This document shows, piece after piece, positions 59,173-64,000 of a stretch of 64,000 nucleotides of DNA. Numbering within the stretch: position 1 is the first letter of the stretch; every line of letters begins with the position of its first letter. Location: contig OZ024757.1 of NCBI GenBank assembly GCA_964016885.1, positions 12,028,001 through 12,092,000 of the forward strand, in the 5' to 3' direction. The notes under the pieces were generated by a model that was not told the DNA's origin, ran no database searches, and saw only the letters and a list, made by a program, of their open reading frames with translations. This DNA comes from Eledone cirrhosa. Taxonomy: Eukaryota. A program made the position numbers and the translations under genes.

Positions 59173-60082
59173 ACTAGCAGTAAAGCCCGGCGTTGCTCGG
59201 GGTCGCTCAGGAGCTGTGTTAAAGTTACAATGTTAAGTTTCTTTCTTGGCTTAAAAACTGTAGTGTCTACTGTGCAGACTTGCATGTGGTGTTTTTGATT
59301 ATATTCCCTCAACCACAATATGCCTTATGAAGTTAAGAAAACATAACGATAACCCGAATGTTATAACAAAAGAGGATGCTGGGGATAGAAACTGCACTGT
59401 TATTTATTAACAAGATCGAAAATGTAAACACTGCAACGCAGAGAAAAACATTAGCGTAACCAAATTATCAGTTATGTCTGTCTGCACGCCTATATCACCT
59501 CTCTGCACGACTGTCTGTCTGCACGCTATATCACCTCTCTACACGACTGTCTGTCTGCACGCCTATATCACCTCTCTGCACGACTGTCTGTCCTGCACGC
59601 CTATATCACCTCTCTGCACGACTGTCTGTCTGCACGCGTATATCACCTCTCTGCACGACTGTCTGTCTGCACGCCTAACGACCGAAATATTTGCTTGTTT
59701 TACGTAGTCTTTAAATAGACTTGTTTTCAAGTAAAAATATTGTTTTAAAAATGCTTTTAAATGGAAATGAAGCAAAACGAAGCTTCGTGTATTGTGTTAA
59801 TGTCATTTTAAACGCTGAGAAAGCCAGCGTAATTTTTACGTAAGACGCTCAATGTAAACAGACAAAGGGAAATAACTGATAACTTACGCTCAAAAATCGA
59901 TATATTATATTCGATTTCGTCAGATAGGGTGGGTCAATTTGAAATTTTTTTTTCCGATGTCTTCGCTAGGGCTCAATGTACAAGTATAGCAATTTCGGTG
60001 CAATTCCGTGAGAGATTCTAAGAGGAGATGTGTGCCAAAAATCGATAGACAGACAGACAACCACAGTTTTATATATATAGAT
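59173..60082 (+). mobile_element. Non-autonomous Helitron/Helentron (HINE/DINE-like) element with internal 37-bp minisatellite
   Basis: Begins ACTAGC...GCCCGGCGTTGCTCGGG, ends (GACA)n...ttttatatatatagat; unit ctgtctgtctgcacgcctatatcacctctctgcacga x~5.5 at 59475-59677. Confidence 0.65.
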
Positions 60083-60168
60083 TGTCCAATATATATAGAC
60101 TATATGTCATGTTGTCCAAGGGAAAGGCTGATATAGATCAGCACCAGTGACATTACAACTATTATATA

Positions 60169-60226
<58 letters not shown>

Positions 60227-60329
60227 TACATACATACACTATATATAATGTCCAGAGGAATGGCTGAAACAGCTTGACACCAACATTTATCATATATATG
60301 CACTATACATACTATGTATACACTACATA

Positions 60330-60950
60330 TATATCATCATCATCACCATCATCGATTACCATCTATCTTCCATGGGTTACACAGGTCCTATTTTGAGGCA
60401 AGTCTTTCTCGCATATTACTATTACACATCCATCGGAGCATCCAGGCTTCATTTCTTTCCAATCTACACAAGTCTTCTGCATGCAGCACCCAAGTCTCAC
60501 TACCATGTAACATAGCTGTACATACGGATACATCATACCATCTGCCTTTCATTATGAGGGAGAAGCTTTTGTAGCCAGAAGTGGCAATAGCTCTTTGAAC
60601 TTCCTCCATCCCATTCTTACTCTGGTTACTGTACTTTCAGCACACCCAACGTTGCTGATAATTCCGTCACCTAAGTAGCAGAAGCTATCTACTGTTTCTA
60701 CAGAGCCCTCTTAGAATTTGGTAGCGCTTGTTTCTTGCGATTGTTTGCTGCTTACTATTCCAGTGCAACTGCCACACGTAAAGCCTACATTCTTAGCTAA
60801 ACTTACTGAGATCCCACTACATCTCTTGTGTACCTATATTCTCCATATGGGGCAGAGGATGGAATGTCTACCAATGCCTTTCCTACATACTGGACAAGGC
60901 CATTTCCCTGAGAGGATCTCGGTTCTGTTTTCTGGAACTTCTACCAATAT
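60330..60950 (-). mobile_element. Decayed RTE fragment
   Basis: WPCPVCRKG, VDSFCYLGD, AMLHGSETW, RLERNE; (TGA)n tail. Confidence 0.85.
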
Positions 60951-61057
60951 ATATATATATATTCTCTACATACAATATATAATGTTATCCAAAGTGAGGT
61001 CAATAGCTGATATAACTTGGTGCCAATGTCATCACAACTAATATATACCCTATATAC

Positions 61058-61278
61058 AGACGCGTGGCTGAGTGGTTAGAGAATTGGATTCGCAATCGTG
61101 AGGTTGTGAGCTTGATTCCCCGACCGGACGATGCGTTATGTCCTTGAGCAAGACACATTATTTCACGTTGCTCCTTCTACCTGGAGTTGCGACTGATAGA
61201 TAGTATTAGTAATTGGAAAGACCAATGGAAACATTGTTTTCTCGGTCCGATTTCCCTAAAGTCTATCAACTATCGATA
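61058..61278 (+). mobile_element. SINE family 3
   Basis: cgtggctgagtggttagagaattggattcgcaatcg...gtccttgagcaagacac. Confidence 0.85.
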
Positions 61279-61542
61279 CACTAATATATACAATATATAT
61301 ATATATATATACTATATATATATATATATACAATATATATATATATATATATATATACAATATATATATATATATATACAATATATATATATATATATAC
61401 AATATATATATATATATACAATATATATATATACAATATATATATATATATATATACAATATATATATATATACAATATATATATATATATACAATATAT
61501 ATATATATACAATATATATATACAATATATATATATATATAT

Positions 61543-61593
<51 letters not shown>

Positions 61594-61597
<4 letters not shown>

Positions 61598-61648
61598 AGC
61601 AGAGGTTAAAAGTTTAAATAGGTACTCGAAGTTTTGCGTAAAACTTAT

Positions 61649-61684
<36 letters not shown>

Positions 61685-61994
61685 ATATATATATATAATA
61701 TATATATACAATATATATATATATATACAATATATATATATATATATATACAACATATATATATATAATATATATATATATACAATATATATATATATAC
61801 AATATACATATATATCTTCTATACATACTTGGCAGTATCCTGAGCAACTGTGTCAACTTTGAGCTGGACATCAACTGCAGGGTTGTAAAGGTGACTGCGG
61901 TGTTCCAATGGATGCCCTCAATTTGGTCAAACAGAGCCATCAGCTTGTATTTCAAGCTGCACTTGTACACTAGCATTGTACTTCCTAAGCCCGT

Positions 61995-62035
<41 letters not shown>

Positions 62036-62126
62036 AGCATGATGAATGGGTAGGGGGTAGAATATGGGATGGAGCAGAGGTTAAAAGTTTAAATAGGTAC
62101 TCGAAGTTTTGCGTAAAACTTATACA

Positions 62127-62157
<31 letters not shown>

Positions 62158-62464
62158 ATATATATATATAATATATATATACAATATATATATATATATA
62201 CAATATATATATATATATACAACATATATATATATAATATATATATATATACAATATATATATATATACAATATACATATATATCTTCTATACATACTTG
62301 GCAGTATCCTGAGCAACTGTGTCAACTTTGAGCTGGACATCAACTGCAGGGTTGTAAAGGTGACTGCGGTGTTCCAATGGATGCCCTCAATTTGGTCAAA
62401 CAGAGCCATCAGCTTGTATTTCAAGCTGCACTTGTACACTAGCATTGTACTTCCTAAGCCCGTC
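61594..62464. repeat. Near-identical ~400-bp tandem duplication (period ~475 bp)
   Basis: 61594-61995 equals 62069-62464 apart from TA-tract length. Confidence 0.88.
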
Positions 62465-62800
62465 TCTGACTGTAAAAAATGGAAACACACTGTGAAGATG
62501 ATAAGTATCTAAAAACTTTCCATTAAAGGAGATTCTAAAGGTCAGCTGGTGAGATCCTGTGGAGAACAGGGTCACATCCACTGCAGGAGATCATCATGGA
62601 ACGTTGGTTCCATTTTGCAGGTCACATTCTGCACCTCCCAGATCACCTGTCCAAAACAGCGATGACATGGATTCCCCTTGAAGGCAAGTGGAAAAGAGGC
62701 CGACCGAAGATGACCTGGTGGATCACATTCCAAAAACTGTCAACATCAGTTGGCATGGATGTCAACAAGTTGTCACCAACTGGAATCAGTTGAGACAATT
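62285..62800 (+). mobile_element. Decayed RTE 3' fragment
   Basis: YLGSIL, IWSNRAISL..KLHLY, RWFHFAGHILHLP, KRGRPKMTW. Confidence 0.75.
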
Positions 62801-64000
62801 ACTTAATGGTACTGGTAGTGTTTGCTGGTAAATTGTTGTAGTATACACATATGTTGTTGTTGTTGTTAATATCACCGATGCTATCGCTGCCTTCCTCTTG
62901 TTGATGGTGGTGGTAGTTGAAACGGCTACTTATTCGGGCTGCCGGGCTGGTTGCTGGGGCTCGAATGCCTTCTTTAACCAAAGATGTGGGGTCGTTGTTA
63001 TTGTCGCTGTTGTTGTCGTTACCTTCCTCTTGTTAATGGTAGTGATAATTGTTGGTGCTACCTATATCGGCTGTCAAGCTGGCTGCTGTATCAGCTTCTG
63101 TGAGTGACGCTCCAATGGCCTTCTTGACCGAAGATGCAGGTCAATGGCTTTTGGCATCGTTTGGCAACTCATCGGTTTATAAAGATATTCTCTATTTTTG
63201 TTTTCGTTCTTTCTAATCCGATTCAATATCATCAATTGGAAAGACCAATGGAAACATTGTTTCATTGGTCCAATCTGATGAGTTACACTCCACTTGGTAA
63301 GAACTGAGATGAGATTATTTATTACAAAAAATCACTAAAATCAAGATACTGGGTTGGTATAACTACCTGGTTTGTATGTGTCTGTTGTGGTGTGTTGTGG
63401 TGTTTTGATGTGGTGTGTGTGTGTGCAGGGTGATGTATTGTTGTGTGTGTGTAGTGTAAACAGGAAATTTTACACACATAGGACCTAGAAGGGGTGTGTG
63501 AGGACTCTACCCCTACAGCCCTCTCTGAAATAAATGGATGAAGAAAAAGAGAAGAAAGTTGTAAAGTATTTTCAAATGTGAATTATTTTTTAAATGTCAT
63601 AATTTGAACTGTCATGAAAGTACAACCCAACAAATATTAAAGTTATAAAATTGGTTTTATTAACACATAAACTGTTACTGTTTTGTATCAACCTTGAAAG
63701 GATGAAAGTCAAAGTTGACCATTGCATGATTTAAACCCAGAACATAAAGGACTGTAACTTTATGACACAAAGCATATCGCCTGACACTCTACTGATTCTG
63801 CAAATCCACCACCCTCAACAATGAAATGAGACTGTGTCTCTGTAAGAGCCCTTAATGACAATTAATATGAAGGGGTACTTTCTACAGGGTGTATTTGTTA
63901 ATTAAAATACAAAACCTCTGAGAATGATTTCCAACATATTTCAACATAATAAATGTTCATCTATATATATTAACATTATTATTATTTTCTGCTACCATGT

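Noticed and set aside
62860-63265. Short ORFs in a (GTT)/(GGT)-rich stretch
   Set aside because: Low complexity, no recognisable domain
63268-63320. CTGATGA as another hammerhead (likewise 22224 CTGAAGA and 49684 CTGATGA)
   Set aside because: No properly placed GAAA-stem III-NUH or closing stem I

Overview
Eukaryotic, extremely (TA)n/(CA)n microsatellite-rich genomic DNA with one 200-N scaffold gap. The SINE families and the style of the C2H2 zinc-finger gene suggest an octopod cephalopod (inference). Only one likely host gene is present: an 11-finger C2H2 zinc-finger ORF (43724-44746, minus strand), whose decayed downstream fingers have become a 78-bp minisatellite. The rest is transposon debris: a near full-length CR1-type LINE, a Gypsy LTR element with a tRNA-Trp PBS, two DD37D (maT) Tc1/mariner copies, many RTE LINE fragments, three tRNA-derived SINE families, a piggyBac-type MITE, a Helitron/HINE-like element and four Penelope-like (PLE) ORF remnants. 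The main hidden structure is non-coding. At least about 20 type I hammerhead-ribozyme motifs (intact, variant-core, decayed or half) from roughly ten unrelated sequence families sit between the TA tracts. Most lie in short inverted-repeat or palindromic PLE termini, and several palindromes pivot inside the ribozyme itself. All hammerheads were folded by eye and none is tested. Nearly all short ORFs in the ORF track are microsatellite read-through artefacts.
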